Shown one piece after another: positions 1-13,800 of a stretch of DNA of 64,000 bases. The DNA is from Octopus vulgaris (taxonomy: Eukaryota): NCBI GenBank assembly GCA_951406725.2, contig OX597827.1:33356001-33420000 (forward strand), given 5' to 3'. Position numbers and translations under genes: made by a program. The first letter of the stretch is position 1. Each line of letters opens with the position of its first letter. Under the pieces are notes generated by a model. The model saw only the letters and a list, made by a program, of their open reading frames with translations. It did no database searches and was not told the DNA's origin.

Positions 1-55
1 GGCTGACTAAAGCTTTGTGAGTGGATTTGGGAAACGGAAACTGAAAGAAGCCCGT

Positions 56-114
<59 letters not shown>

Positions 115-199
115 ATGTTTGTGTGTCTGTGTTTGTCCCCACAACATCGCTTGAGAACCAATGCTGGTGTATTTACGTCCCTGTAACTTAGCAGTTTGG

Positions 200-560
200 C
201 AAGAGAGACATGTATGGAACATGGTCGATGCCAGTGCCCCCTGACTGGCTCTCATGCCGGTGGCATGTAAAAAGCACCATCTGAACGTGATTGATGCCAA
301 GTCTGCCTGACTGGCTCTCCTGCTGGTAGCATGTAAAAAGCACTATCCGAACATGATTGATGCCAGGGCCACCTAGCTGGCTCCAAGTCACACATAAAAA
401 GCACCCATTAAACTCAGGGAATGGTTGGCATTAGGAAGAACATCCAGCTGTAGAAACCTTGCCAGATCAGATTGGAGCCTGGTGCAGCCACTGGCTTTCC
501 AGACCTCAGTCAAACAGTCCAACCCATGCCAGCATGGAAAACAGACATTAAACGATGATG
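200..560 (+). mobile_element. RTE 3'UTR fragment with 60-bp units
   Basis: ggcatgtaaaaagcacc units and terminal aacccatgccagcatggaa...aaacgatgatg. Confidence 0.75.
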
Positions 561-780
561 GCTGTTGCCAGTAACATGATCTTTGAATGCCGGGCCTCAT
601 GGAGGCGATGACAAGTGACTGAAACCTTTGGCCACATGCTGTACTTGAGAAGACTAGTCTTGCCATGTGAAATCATGGTTGTGGCTGTTTCCAGTGTCAT
701 GTAAATGGCACCCATGGAATCATAGTCATGGCTGTTTCCAGTGTCATGTAAATAGTACCCATGCCGGTGGCATGTAAAAA

Positions 781-1612
781 GACTGGAACTGGTAAGCCAC
801 AGGGTTGCACCAGGTTCCAGTCTGATTTGGTATAGTTTCTGAAGCTTCCTAATGCCAACCACTCTGAGACTGTAATGGGTGCTTTTTACGTGCCCCCAGC
901 ACGAGTGCCTTTTACATGACTCTGGCAACAGCCATGACTATGGCTTCACTTGGCTTGACAAGTCTTCTGAAGTCCAACATATTGCCAAAGGTCTCGGTCA
1001 CTTATCATTGCCTCCATGAGGCCCAGCATTTGAATATCATGCTTCACCACCTTCCTGGATCTACCTCTTCCACAGGTTCCCTCCACAGTTAGAGACTGGC
1101 TCTTCTTTACACAGCTGTCTTCATCCATATGCACCACATGACCATACCTGCACATTCGTCTCTCTTGCACACCACATCTGTTGCCTCTTATGCCCAGTTT
1201 TTCTCTCAATTGACACTCTGTTGTAGATGCACACTGACATTGCACATCCAGCGAAGCATACTAGCTTCATTTCTTTCAAGCCTTCGCATGTTCTCTGCTG
1301 TCACAGCCCACGTTTCACTGCCATTGAGCATGGTTGTTCACACACAAGCATCATACAGTTTGCCTTTCATTCTGAGGGAGAGGCCCTTTGTTCCCAACAG
1401 AGATAGGAGCTCTCTGAACTTTGCCCAGCCTATTCTTATTCTACCAGCGATGCTCTCCGAGCATCCACTTCCACTACTGACTTGGTCACCTAGGTAACAA
1501 AAGCTATCAACTAATCTAGCTTTTTCCCTGGAATGTTGATAGAGTCTATTTTCTGTAGATTTTCTAGTGTTTATTGTACCTGTACATCTGCCACACACAA
1601 AGAATATTTTCC
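781..1612 (-). mobile_element. Decayed RTE LINE 3' part
   Basis: ORF fragments VDSFCYLGDQVSSG...AKFRELL and QERRMCRYGHVVHM...GRGRSRK, homologous to 37197-37880. Confidence 0.85.
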
Positions 1613-1629
1613 TCAAAGTCTATATAATA

Positions 1630-1799
1630 GGTGTAGGAGTGGCTGTGTGGTAAGTAGCTTGCTTCCCAACCACATGGTTCTGGGTTCAGTCCCACTACAT
1701 GGCACCTTGGGCAAGTGTCTTCTACTATAGCCTCGGGCCAACCAAAGCCTTGTGAGTGGATTTTGTAGACGGAAACTGAAAAAAGCCAATCGTATATAT

Positions 1800-1844
<45 letters not shown>

Positions 1845-2030
1845 TGTTTGTCCCCCCAACATCACTTGACAACTGATGCTGGTGTGTTTACGTCCCCGTA
1901 ACTTAGTGGTTTGGCAAAACAGACCGATAGTATAAGTACTAGGCTTACAAAGAATAAGTCCTGGGGTTGATTTGCTTGACTAACAGGTAGTGCTCCAGCA
2001 TGACTGCAGTCAAATGACTGAAGCAAGTAA
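1630..2030 (+). mobile_element. tRNA-derived octopus-type SINE family 1, full length
   Basis: Head ggtgtaggagtggctgtgtggtaag (A box) and gggttcagtccc (B box), internal (TG)n, tail tgctccagcatg..cagtcaaatgactgaa. Partial copies near 1-200, 4157-4290, 13385-13530, 20815-20915, 21645-21965, 25490-25690, 26700-26785, 53435-53620. Confidence 0.85.
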
Positions 2031-2780
2031 AAATATATATATAATTAAATTAATTAAATTCTATGTTTTTGTGCAGCTGAGGATTGCTCTGCATTTTAAA
2101 TTGATATAATGATTGCATTGTTCAATTAAATGGAGTTGCATGAAACGATTGTACTGCATTACCTCTGGATATCCTTACTGCTTATTTTGATAGGTATGTA
2201 TGTATGTATGTATGCATGCATGTATGCGTTTGTATGTGTGTATATGTGTTTGTTATATTTTAACATATGGTCCTATGTGTGAAAGATGTACAGAAAGTCC
2301 TCAGGCAGGATAGATTAAAACTGTCCTGCAGCTGCGAAGGGATTTTCTATGACCTAGATTCACGTGTACAATTAGAACAGTTTCACCTTTGATTTAAGGA
2401 TTTACTCTTAACGAATCAGTCCTTTTCTCTAACAACACGTTTCTCATACTCTTGTGCTTCAGTTAGTGCAGTTGGAACAGACTTTTTTACAAACATCATT
2501 TGTTTGCTGGATCCTGTCAAACTGACCAACCCATGCCGGCATGGAGGATGAACATTACGTAATGATTATGATGATGATGATGATGATGATGATGGTGATG
2601 GTGGTGGTGGTGATGACAATGTGGAAGAGGAGGAAAACTAGATTCTGAGGAAACCAATGAGAGTCTGTGATATCAATACTTACATACGTATTTACATATG
2701 CAAGTATGCATGCATGTATATATGTAAGTATGTAAGTATGTATGTATGTATGTATGTATGTATGTATGTATGTATGTATT

Positions 2781-3332
2781 ATGTCAGGTCACTTTCGAGT
2801 GCTACTGGTAACATGTAACCCAGTACAACCTGTTGCATGGTCGGGACGTCAGCGACTAAACCCGCAACCCCACCAAGCTTGCTTGGTGAGGAGGGTGTTT
2901 ATTGGACACCCTGCGGGATAAAAAACAAAACCTGTCAAAGGGCAGAGGAACTCTTGAGAGTCAACGGCTATCCAATAAATGTCTTAAGGCTGTATCAAGC
3001 ACGGGGACATAGAAATAATCGGACTGAATACCCGATTGCGCGGTTAAACCATTGGGAGTGAAGGACTCCTAGCCTTTGTTAGGGCATCCTTCTAGAAGGT
3101 AACTCAGGTAACTGGGATAACTCCGACATAAAACCTGCGGCTCAGTGGTTACTAATAATGTTGACTTGTTCTTCTTTTCGGATTATGGCTGCTGTTGCTT
3201 AGTGAGTGGGATTGACTCAGTGCACAGCCTTTCCTCACTTTAAAAAAATATTCTTGCACAGGCATTGCATGATAACAACATTGATTAAGCTTCGTGCAAT
3301 GGCCATACTCGATAACAAGGGGGCAGCCACCA
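2781..3332 (+). mobile_element. Non-autonomous RTE-derived (bipartite, SINE-like) element
   Basis: Second, inverted copy at 55351-55961; contains gggcatccttctag(gag)aaggtaactc, resembling the conserved RTE 5'UTR motif as recalled; both copies sit in microsatellites. Confidence 0.65.
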
Positions 3333-3420
3333 TGTATTATGTATGTATGTGTATATATATGTGCATGTATGTGTGTATAGATATATATATTAAGAAGATA
3401 AAATATAGAGGTAATAAATA

Positions 3421-3467
<47 letters not shown>

Positions 3468-3983
3468 CAATTGAGGATAAAATCTTTAAAAGAAATTATC
3501 AGTAGTCAGCGTGAAAAACCTCGTAAGAGAAAAAATCCGTAAATTCTTCCTCTTTGAAAATATTCATTTATATTATATTGAGGGTACTACTATTCGTAGA
3601 TACCAACACGCTAAGAGGGACCAATGCAGTCAAAACTACTAAAAACAAACAAAATTTTACCGAATGCAAAACTTCAAAACACATCATTTTAAAAAAGAAT
3701 TCAGTTACATATCACATGTGATTTCGCATTTAATGCAGAATATGCATTTCATGTTCATCAGTGCAACAAACTCAAGAAATATAAGAGAAAAACATAACAT
3801 TACAAGCTCGATAGCCAACCGTAGAATTCGTCGTAGCATGTACGAATGTTTATCTTTACATATCTATGAAAATGGCGGGCTTATTCGCAATGCATTTCGG
3901 TAACAAATTGTCTAGTCGGAATAAAAATTCAGTATTGAACTATTCCGGTGAAAAATATAAATTAACAATTGAGGATAAAATCT

Positions 3984-4030
<47 letters not shown>

Positions 4031-4074
4031 TACATATACATACATATACATACATGCATACATACATACATACA

Positions 4075-4126
<52 letters not shown>

Positions 4127-4703
4127 CATTTACATATATACATATACATATATATGTGGGTGTGTGGTAAGAAGTTTGCTTCCCAGCTACATAGTTTAGA
4201 GTTCAGTCTCACTGCTTGGCACCTTTAGCAAATGCCTTCTACTATAGTCTCAGGCCGATCAAAGTCTTGGGAGTGTGTGTGTGTGTGCATTTGTGTGAGT
4301 GTGCATATAGGATTCTTCATCATAGAAATACAGAACATTTCGGAAGGCTTTGATTGAAGGGGAAGAAATTTCTTTTGTAGCCATTTCACACTTTCCTTAT
4401 TCAAAAAATTCACCATTCTTCATGGCACACAAACCTGGTGTTTTTTCTTTTGTTTTTTTTTTTACCCAATTTATTTCATCATAGTTCAGTATTGGTGCCA
4501 GGACTCAAACAGTTACCATTTTGGCCAATGAGCTAAAGTCCTGACAAACTGGATCACTGTGGCTCTTGTTCTATAAATATTTTCCCTGTTTTCGTATCTA
4601 CCCACCCAAAACCAACCCTGCTTCTATGATATATACTTCCTGTTTTAAAGCGATCTAAGTTAAAACCGTCCATCAATTTCTATGTTAATTTCTGTTCTAA
4701 ACA

Positions 4704-5200
4704 CATCATCATCATCATTATGGTTTAATGTCCGTTTTCCATGCTAGCATGGGTTGGACAGTTTGACCTGGGATCTGGGAAGCCAGGAGGCTACACCAGG
4801 CCCCAATCTGATCTGGCAGTGTTTCTACAGCTGGATGCCCTTCCTAACGCCAACCACTCTGTGAATGAAGTGGGAGCTTTTTACGTGCCACCAGCACAGG
4901 GGCCAGAGGAGGCTGGCAAACAGCCACGATCAGTTGGTGCTTTTTATGTGTCACTGACATGGACGCCAGTTTGGCGGTGCTGGCATCAGCTACATTCAGA
5001 TGGTGCTTTTTACGTGCCACTGGCATGGATATCATAACTACAATTTCCATTTGATTTTTATTTTGATGTTGATGTTGACACCTTGACTCAATAGGTCTCA
5101 AGCACAGCGGGTCACTACGATCCCAGGTTCGCACAGCAGGCTGTCCTGCGAGCCATGAACTCACTTCATTTGTTGGGTCTTCGCAGTCATAGCATATCTC
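4704..5200 (-). mobile_element. RTE 3'UTR fragment
   Basis: catcatcat...tccgttttccatgctagcatgggttgg; same 3'UTR as 36361-37200. Confidence 0.78.
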
Positions 5201-6119
5201 AGAAATGACAACATTATTCTACTAAATTCCTTAATATTTTAAAAATCATTTGAAACAAAAGAAGTGTATTTCAGCACTGGGGTGAGGGACATGTTGAATG
5301 CCATTAACCCTTTTGATACCAATTCCCCTGAGACAACTCTTGTCCTGTGAATCAAACTTCCTGTTTTAAAGGAATTGAATTTTTAGTGAAAAGTGAACAT
5401 GAATCCTGTGTTCTGGTTTGTGTTAAGGTGTGTGTACTGGTGGGACAAACAACAGTGAGTCAAAGTTAAAGAAATTTTTATAACAGTGTTCATACAACAA
5501 TGGATGTGAATAAATAAAGGTTGTACAAATGTGGTTGCATTTTATGTGGTTGTTGCTGAAACAAAAGAGAGTAAGAAATGTGCCAGCCACATAAAGGGAT
5601 AGCAGTAATGGCTAAAAGTGAAGCAAGCTAGCAGTCCTAGCTGGCTGTGTCAGTTGATAAATGACCTGCCTTGAAGGTGGAACAGCGAAAGACAGGAAGA
5701 TGGTTGTCCCACTTGGGTTTTTATACATCCTTAGTAGAAGTGCGATCACAGCACCACCTACTGATGACAGAATGAGGGAATATAACTCTGCCCTATTCCT
5801 TTTAGCCTTTATGGCCCTTGCTACAAATTTAAAATCTTCCATCAATATTTCATGTTCACTTAAGGTGTCAAACTGGCAGGATCCTTAGCATGTCAGACCA
5901 AATGCTTAGCTGGGTTTCATTTGTCTCTAAGTTGTGCGCTCAAATTCCACCAAGGTTGCCTTTGCCTTTCGTCCTTTCAGGGTCAATAAAATAAGTACCA
6001 GTTGAATACTGGAGTCAATGTAATTGACTGACCCCACCCATTCTCCTGAAATTACTGGCCTAGTGCCAAAATTTGAAATCAATATTTCATGTCCATTTTT
6101 CTTTCAAACATCAAGTTGA

Positions 6120-6593
6120 CCCTTTTGTTACCATATTCCTGTTGAGATGCTCTGTGTTTCTTTCCATTAATTTTAAATATAACAAAGAATTTAGTAAAAT
6201 AACTTGGTTATCATTAAGCTAGTGTTAGGAACATAAATTATGACTAAAGTTTGGTGGAAGATTTTAATTCAGAACTTTTAAAAACAAGACATTTGTACTC
6301 AGAGCCAGAGGTGGTTCCAGCCGGATTGATATCAAAAGGGTTAAGAATTGTTTCTCTATTATATATTTTAACTCTTTTGTTACTATATTTATTTTGAGAT
6401 GCTCTGTGTTTCTTTCAATTAATTTTAAATATAACAAAGAATTTAGTAAAATAACTTAATTATCATTAAGCTAGTGTTAGGAACATAAATTGTCAATAAA
6501 ATTTGATGGAAGATTTTAATTTAGAACTTGTGAAAACAAGACATTTGTACTACAGAGCCAGAGGTGGTTTCAGCTGGGTTGGTAGCAAAAGAG
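6120..6593. mobile_element. Two tandem ~221-bp MITEs with TTAA-like flanks (piggyBac-like): 6120-6340 and 6372-6593
   Basis: ttga|cccttttg...caaaaggg|ttaa and ttaa|ctcttttg...caaaagag|ttaa; highly similar bodies. Confidence 0.75.
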
Positions 6594-6879
6594 TTAAGAA
6601 TTGTTTAAAATATTTGGGACAAGGACATTAATTTTAGGAGAAGTGGATAAGATGATTACATTGTGCTCAGTGTTTGACTGGTATTTTATTTTATTGACCA
6701 CGAAAGGATGAAAGACAAATTTGAGCTCAGTGGCATTTGAACTTAGAATTTAATGAGCCAGAAGAAATGTCGCTAAGCATTTTGTTTGATGCACTAACAA
6801 TTTTTCCAGTTCACCACCTTAAACACCAAGTTAATAGTGACTAAGTTATTTTACTGAATTGTTTTCTTATGTTCTTTTG

Positions 6880-7260
6880 CTTGTTTCAGTCATTTGACTG
6901 TGACCATGCTGGAGCATCGCCTTTTAGTCAAAGAAATCGACCCCAGGACTTATTCTTTGTAAGCCTGGTACTTTTTCTATCGGGCTCTTTTGCAGATCCA
7001 CTTAGCTACATGGATGTGAACACACCAACATTGGTTGTCAAGCGATGGTGGGGTGGCAAAAACACAGACACAAAGACACACACATACAAATACATATATG
7101 TACAATGGGCTTCTTTCAGTTTCCATCTACCATATCTACTTACAAGGCTTTGGTCGGCCCAAGGTTATAGTAGAGGACACTTGCCCAAGGTGCTGTGCAG
7201 TGGGACTGAACCCTGAACTATGTGGTTGGGAAGCAAGTGTCTTACAACACTACCACTCTT
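6880..7260 (-). mobile_element. SINE family 1 copy
   Basis: Reverse complement of 1630-2030. Confidence 0.85.
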
Positions 7261-7780
7261 ATTCATTATTTCCAAAAATTAATCGAAATATAGGCATTAT
7301 ATTACATGGTTCTGTTTTAAAAACAAAAGGAATATAGAAATAAAGGAGTAAAAGACATTTTAGGGATATTCTGTTTACAGCGAAGAAAAAAAGGAAAGTT
7401 GGTTTATTTTCATCTTAAATCCAAATAAAATATTAGGTTAGTTTTGAGGGTGGATGTTTTAACATGAACTGTGGCAGAGTATCAGTTGTAAATATTTTTG
7501 GTGACAACTGTAGCAAATAATTCTACCCTTGTGCATTCATCCAAAATGGATTTTCAGTTGGTAGTAAATGAGTAGACGTTTCAGCAAAATGGACAAGAAT
7601 ACTCCAATATGGCTGTTGGAGTTGAACAGATGTTGGTCTCCTAATATGCAACCATTCATGGAGGACAAGCCTAGCTTTTGAAAGTGGAATGCAACCACAG
7701 ACAATGAAGACAAGATTATCTCTGGATCCTCTATTATGTGGAGCTTCAACATCCTTTTAGGTTTAGGGCATTAATTTTAA

Positions 7781-8480
7781 GGCAGTGAGCTGGCAGAAAC
7801 GTTAGCACGCTGGGTGAAATGCTTAGTGGTATTTTGTCTGCCGTTTCCTTCTGAGTTCAAATTCCACCGAGGTCGACTTTGCCTTTCATCCTTTCGGGGT
7901 CAATTAAATAAGTACGAGTTACGCACTGGGGTCGGATCTGGCCCCTCACACATACCCTACAATGTCATTCCAAAAATCAGCAATCACATCATCGAAATCT
8001 TGTAGCTACCAGATGATGCATGATTAATTCAAAACAATGTGAAGAAACAAGCATTACATTTGACAGAGTAATCTGAATGCAAGATGGTGAGCTGGCAGAA
8101 ACGTTAGCGCACCGGGCGAAATGCTTAGTGGTATTTCGTCTATCGTTACATTCTGAGTTCAAATTCCGCCAAGGTCGACTTTGCCTTTCATCCTTTCGGG
8201 GTTGATAAATAAAGTACCAGTTTTGCATTGGGGTCGATGTAATTGACTTAATCCCTTTGCCTGTCCTTGTCTGTCCCCTCTATGTTTAGCCCCTTGTGGG
8301 TAGTAAAGAAATATATGTTCTGAGTTCAAATTCCGCCAAGGTCGACTTTGCCTTTCATCATTTCGGGGTTGATAAATTAAGTACCAGTTATGCACTGTGG
8401 TCAATTTAATCAACTTAATCTCTTTGTCTGTTTTTGTTTGTCCCCTCTATGTTTAGTCCCATGTGGGCAATAAAGAAATA
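7781..8480 (+). mobile_element. Cluster of tRNA-derived SINE family 2 copies (nested/tandem)
   Basis: ggc.gtgagctggcagaaacgttagc...ctgagttcaaattcc.ccgaggtcgactttgcctttcatcc; further copies at about 5870-6085, 6640-6820(-), 23760-23978(-), 24330-24650. Confidence 0.8.
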
Positions 8481-11400
8481 AGAATAATCTGAGTGCTAAA
8501 TAGTGACAAAAATAAGAAATGTTGAAGGTTGTCTTTTTATATTTATTTATTTATATGCCCTTTTCAAGCTTAGCCAGGCTCATGGGCCCAGTTTCCTGTT
8601 TTCTGTGGTGTATGTGTTCCCCCCAGCTGGACGGGATGCCAGTCCCTCGCTGCATTACTCAAGAAACAGGAAGAGAGAGTGAGAGAAAGTTGGGGTGAAA
8701 GAGTACAACAGGGGTCGCCCCCCCCCCCCCTGCCAGAGCCTTGTGGAGCTCTAGGTGTTTTTACTCAATAAACACACACAACGCCCAGTCTGGGAATCAA
8801 AACCACGATCCTCCGACTGCGAGTCTGCTGCCCTAACCACTGGGCCATTGCGCCTCCTGTCTTTTTATAATTTTATGAAATCTCTTTGTTGGTGTTTGTA
8901 CTGGGGACATTTAATCTCTATAAAGAAATTGCTTCCAAAGCTTGGAATCACCAAAGTGGGTGGCCTGACCAACCCTTCACACAATAGCACTTGATGAAAT
9001 GAGCTTCCATACTAAGATGGCCCACCTTTTCTTGCACTTGTCTATACAAGAAATAAAAGATTTCCAACTGATTTCTTTTGATGCTTCTGCTGAAATCTTT
9101 CAAGTGCTTCAATATAGCGTCTGGGTCTTGTGTTTTAGTTGAGTATGTTACAACAAAGAACACAGATATGTAACAGTTAAGATTGATTAGGTACACAATA
9201 ATATGAAATGTCAGAGTCAGCAGTTGCAACAATGAAAATTTGTTGTTATAACAGCATGTTGTAGGATGTGAAAGATGAACCATGCATGAAGTTTTAAGAA
9301 AGTATTTATTTACCATAGTTGAAAATACCTTGCCTTGTCAGGCAGGTTATAACATCCGAGAGCATGCGAAAGAAAGTTAGATGTGATAGAATTTGTCTTT
9401 GTATAGTTTGGCATACACAAATTGTTAGTAGTAATCTACACTTTGCAATAGAATGATGTAAGAGAACAGAATTAGAGCTAGTGGAAGTTGTAGGGTCATG
9501 GGATGTTGTCTCACAGTTGCTGACAGTAAGTTTCATTTTTCTGTCAGACTATTGTCTTTAGTAGCTGCTTTGCTTATGATCTTGATTCTAGCAGTCCGGT
9601 CTCTAAATGATTGAGATGTCACAGGCCAACTCACTCAGTTGTCACCAAGTGACTACTGGTTGAGTCATGACCAAGTGACTGACTCTTTGAGTTGTCACCA
9701 AGTGACTCACTGTCTTTTGCTTGCAGGTTCTTGTTTTTATAACTATCCAAAAGGACAGACATATCGTTGAGAACAATGGGCTTCGTTGGTGGTACTGTGA
9801 TATCTCTATTCTAGCTCTTGGTGAAGTAGAAGAGGTTATAAGGGTCAAGTGGTGAAGACATTATTTCGGCCTAGCTAAGCCATCTGGAAAATGTAAAACT
9901 GCTGTCAGAGAAAAACCATTCTTCTGCCATGAGAAAAGTTCAGTTGAACTGTTAATTTAAATTTAGCTATTGTGGATCAAATCCACTTCATGCTTGCAAG
10001 ATTCACTACAGATACTTGTTGAGATTTTTGTTAACCAAATATTTATTCATTTTACAAACAAAGAAAAATGCTATCATTACTACAAATGACAAAACAGTGA
10101 GAAGATTTGAATATTATTGTTCATGGATTGGAGTGATTGTATCAGCAGTCAAAATGTTAGCTGGTCCTTGTGTTGCTGTTGTTCATTGTGGTTAGCTGCT
10201 GGTCATGCTACTGTCTTTTAATGTCTTTTGTTCATTTAATGTCATCTGTTCATTGTTTTTCTATTGTCGACTTGGGTCAGCTGCTGTCAACCATCTGTTT
10301 AAGTAGCCAAGGTGTACTGAATATTTAGTGATAGGCTCAGAAAGAAGTGTGGCAAAAGTTGCAAAGTCTTGACTGGTCAGATATTCTTTGATGATGTGGG
10401 TAATATTCTAACAAATCATCACATTGGATATAATGATCTGATTGCTAAATATTCCTGCTACAAATACGTAGATGCAAAATTAGGTGAATAGTTCCTGTCT
10501 GACCAGGCTTGTCTTTTCAGTGTCTAAAATGCAACTAAAACCTTCTCGATCTTCAATTTTTTTTTTACTCGGTAATGTTATTTTCATTTTGAAATAATGT
10601 ACCAATGACAATCTTTTTGATTAAAGATTGAGATATTTTAATAATATTTAATAAAATGTAGTTGAGATAGTTGTAAGAAGAATTTTCAAACAACTTATGA
10701 AAGCAATTGACAAGGAGAATAAACATACTGTTAAAGATTTAACCATAAATTCTGTTTGTTACAAGTTGTTGAATGAAAAGGAATATATTTTACAAAATAA
10801 AAAGAAAAAAGACATCAATGCAACACCAAATGCTTCTATTGGTCGCATACTACAAGGTCCAGAATTTGTGCAGTAGCCCAACTGACCACTCTGTCTGGTA
10901 GCCAAATTGGTCACTCCTTTGAGCTGCAGAAACCAACCCAAAGCAGACAATAGAGCTTGGTGCAGTCTTCTGACTTGCCAGCTCCCGACAAAATGTCCAA
11001 CCCGGAAGGAAAACGTTAAATGATAACTGTTGATCATGATAGCATACCTTTGACTACACTAAACATAAATATATAAAAAGGACCGCTCTGAGCTCATATT
11101 TCAACCCCTCCATGCTCCGCCATTACATATAGGCGTGCTTTTATTGATTTGTCTTTCCGGGAGTTCCCGAAGTATAGAAAATTCAAGTTTTCTGATTATT
11201 CCAAACTCTGTGTCCGTATAAAGGATCGAAAATAACTGTTTCGTGTAAAGGTGTGATGAATGTAAGGGAGACAACTACGTCGGTAAGGACATTAATGTGG
11301 TTGAGTCCGAGGCGACCATTTCGTTTTTTGATATTTTCAGACAAAGTGATTCTTGGACTACATTAGACAATGTTCGTTTCTAAGATGATTGAACATAATC

Positions 11401-11914
11401 TAAAAAGAGTTTTGTCTGACATGCGTAGGTCCTCATTTGGTTACGATTTGATAACCTAAGAAACAGGCAGTTTATCTGCCATTGTTGTTTGGCCTGTTTG
11501 CATTGAAACCGGCTATTTTTGGCCACAATATTCTATCCGTTTATGCTCAAACTGGCCAGATCTGGTCTCATACGTACCCTACAATTCTAAAAACAAACAA
11601 CCACATCATCGAAATCAGGATAATGCACGATTAATTCAAACTATAACGATTAAATAAACATTACATTTGACTGGATAATCTGAATGCTGAAAGGTCGATG
11701 GACCTATGATCAGGGATCATTCCATTCTTTATTGGACAATCTACCCAGAAAAACTCTAGCCATTGCATCGTTTCGTTCCCTGAGGACAACAGGGTGTGAT
11801 TTGAGGGATATTTGGTTACTATTTCTAGCAGGTCGAGTGATCATGCACGAGGCTTTAATACTCACTAGTTATAAAGCCCTCATGCTAATCTGTGTCTGGA
11901 TACCATTCTTTTAT

Positions 11915-12319
11915 ACTCTTTTACTCTTTTATTTATTTCAGTCATTTGACTGTGGCCATGCTGGAGCACTGCCTTTAGTCGAGCAAATCGATCCCAGGAC
12001 TTATTTTTTGTAAGCCTAGTACTTATTCTATCGGTCCCTTTTGCCAAACCGCTAAGTTAGGGTTAGGGATGTAAACACACCAGCATCGGTTGTCAAGCGA
12101 TGTTGGGGGAGGGGGCAAACACAGACACACAAACATACACACACACACACATATACGACAGGCTTCTTTCAGTTTCCGTCTACCAAATCCACCCACAAGG
12201 CTTTGGTCGGCCTGAGGCTACAATAGAAGACACTTGCCCAAGGTGCCACACAGTGGGACTGAACCTGGAACCATGTGGTTGGTAAGCAAGCTACTTACCA
12301 CACAGCCACTCCTGCGCCT
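11915..12319 (-). mobile_element. SINE family 1 copy
   Basis: Reverse complement of 1630-2030, ending cacagccactcctgcgcc. Confidence 0.87.
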
Positions 12320-13800
12320 ATATGAAGGTAGTAAACTATTGTTGTTTGGCCACAGGCAAGCCCTGATCAAGTAGACTCATGATCAAAGCCATTCCATCTG
12401 TGATCATCCAGTCTTTTATTCAGACTATGTGTTTCTAGAACTACACTGTCCAATCCCACTCTACCTGCTTTTAAGACTGTAAAGTGGGGTTGAGAGAGTT
12501 GTGGCTGCTGTTCTTTTTCATCAGTTGAAAATCGTGTGCAGGCCTTCATTGACATGAAAGGGTCATGAGCTGTTACTGTTTAGCCTCAGGTTTATACTGG
12601 TCAGTGTAGACCTATAACCAGTGGTATGTCAGTTAAGATCATACCATCTTCTTTTATAATGTTCCTTTTCTTTATTTAAAGCAGTAGAAGACTAAGTGAT
12701 CAAGCAGAAGTTTCCAGAGGACAGCAGCATGGTAGATATGGTAACCTTATTCCCAGACTAAAGAAGTATTTTTAATTAATTCATGAATACGTATCCTTGT
12801 CCTCATCAGAAACTAGAAATATGAGGAACAAAGGAAATACCGACCACAACACATGGCTTTCTTTTGACTTCACTAAAACAATTTGATTCTGTAAATCACA
12901 AAGTTCCATGGACAGTGTGAATCAAACTTAGTTGCCCTCAAAAATTCCTAACAACAACTCAGTGCTGAGTGGACCACTCTTCACTGACAAAAAACGCTAT
13001 TTGGGAAAGGTGGGTGGAGTACCTCCACAACATCCTGGACAGGCTTTCCTCTATCAACACTTGAATTCTGCAGGACAACAAATGGCTTATGATGATGATG
13101 ATGGTAAAAATAGAATTATATGATGTTGCTGCAACTCATTTCTGTAATTTAACAATCAGCTCATGTTGCTAAAGTGAAATATTGGATTGCAGTGTGTCCC
13201 CCTTCCCCACTCCCTGTGATATTTACTTATAGTAAAATGGATTGACTGATTTAAGTGTCCTGCTCTAGACACAGGGCAGTGCAAATGACAACATGTCACA
13301 AAACTACCCTTCAGCTGGCTCTATGATATTCTATCCACTGATCAAATGGTATCTAAAAATAAAATATATCTACATTTGGATGTAGATGTGGCTGGGTGAA
13401 GATTAAGTTTGCTTCCCAACCACATGGTCTTGGGTTCAGTCCCACTGTATGGCATCTTGGACAAATGTCATCTACTGTAGCCCTGGGCTTTATTAGTGGA
13501 TTTGGTTTACAGAATCTGAAAGAAACCCATCATATATATATATATATATAAACCATCATTTGGAAACAGCTGTAAGCAGGAATTTTTCTACATGAATTTG
13601 AATGTCTTTGAATAAATGACGTCTGTATGTCAATTTTTTCTATTCTCTTTCTTTTCTCATTCATAAAATTTATTAAATACATATATTTCAATGATAAACT
13701 ATTATACTTGGTTTTTCACTGAACGCTGGTATAAACTGGAGAACTAAGATGCTTGTATCCCTTAAGGGACTTTAGTTCTTTGACTTTATATATATATTTA

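Noticed and set aside
1630-1705. tRNA gene (A and B boxes)
   Set aside because: Head of a multi-copy SINE; no complete cloverleaf.
5612-5888. Short ORFs on both strands as possible exons
   Set aside because: No recognisable homology or convincing splice sites.
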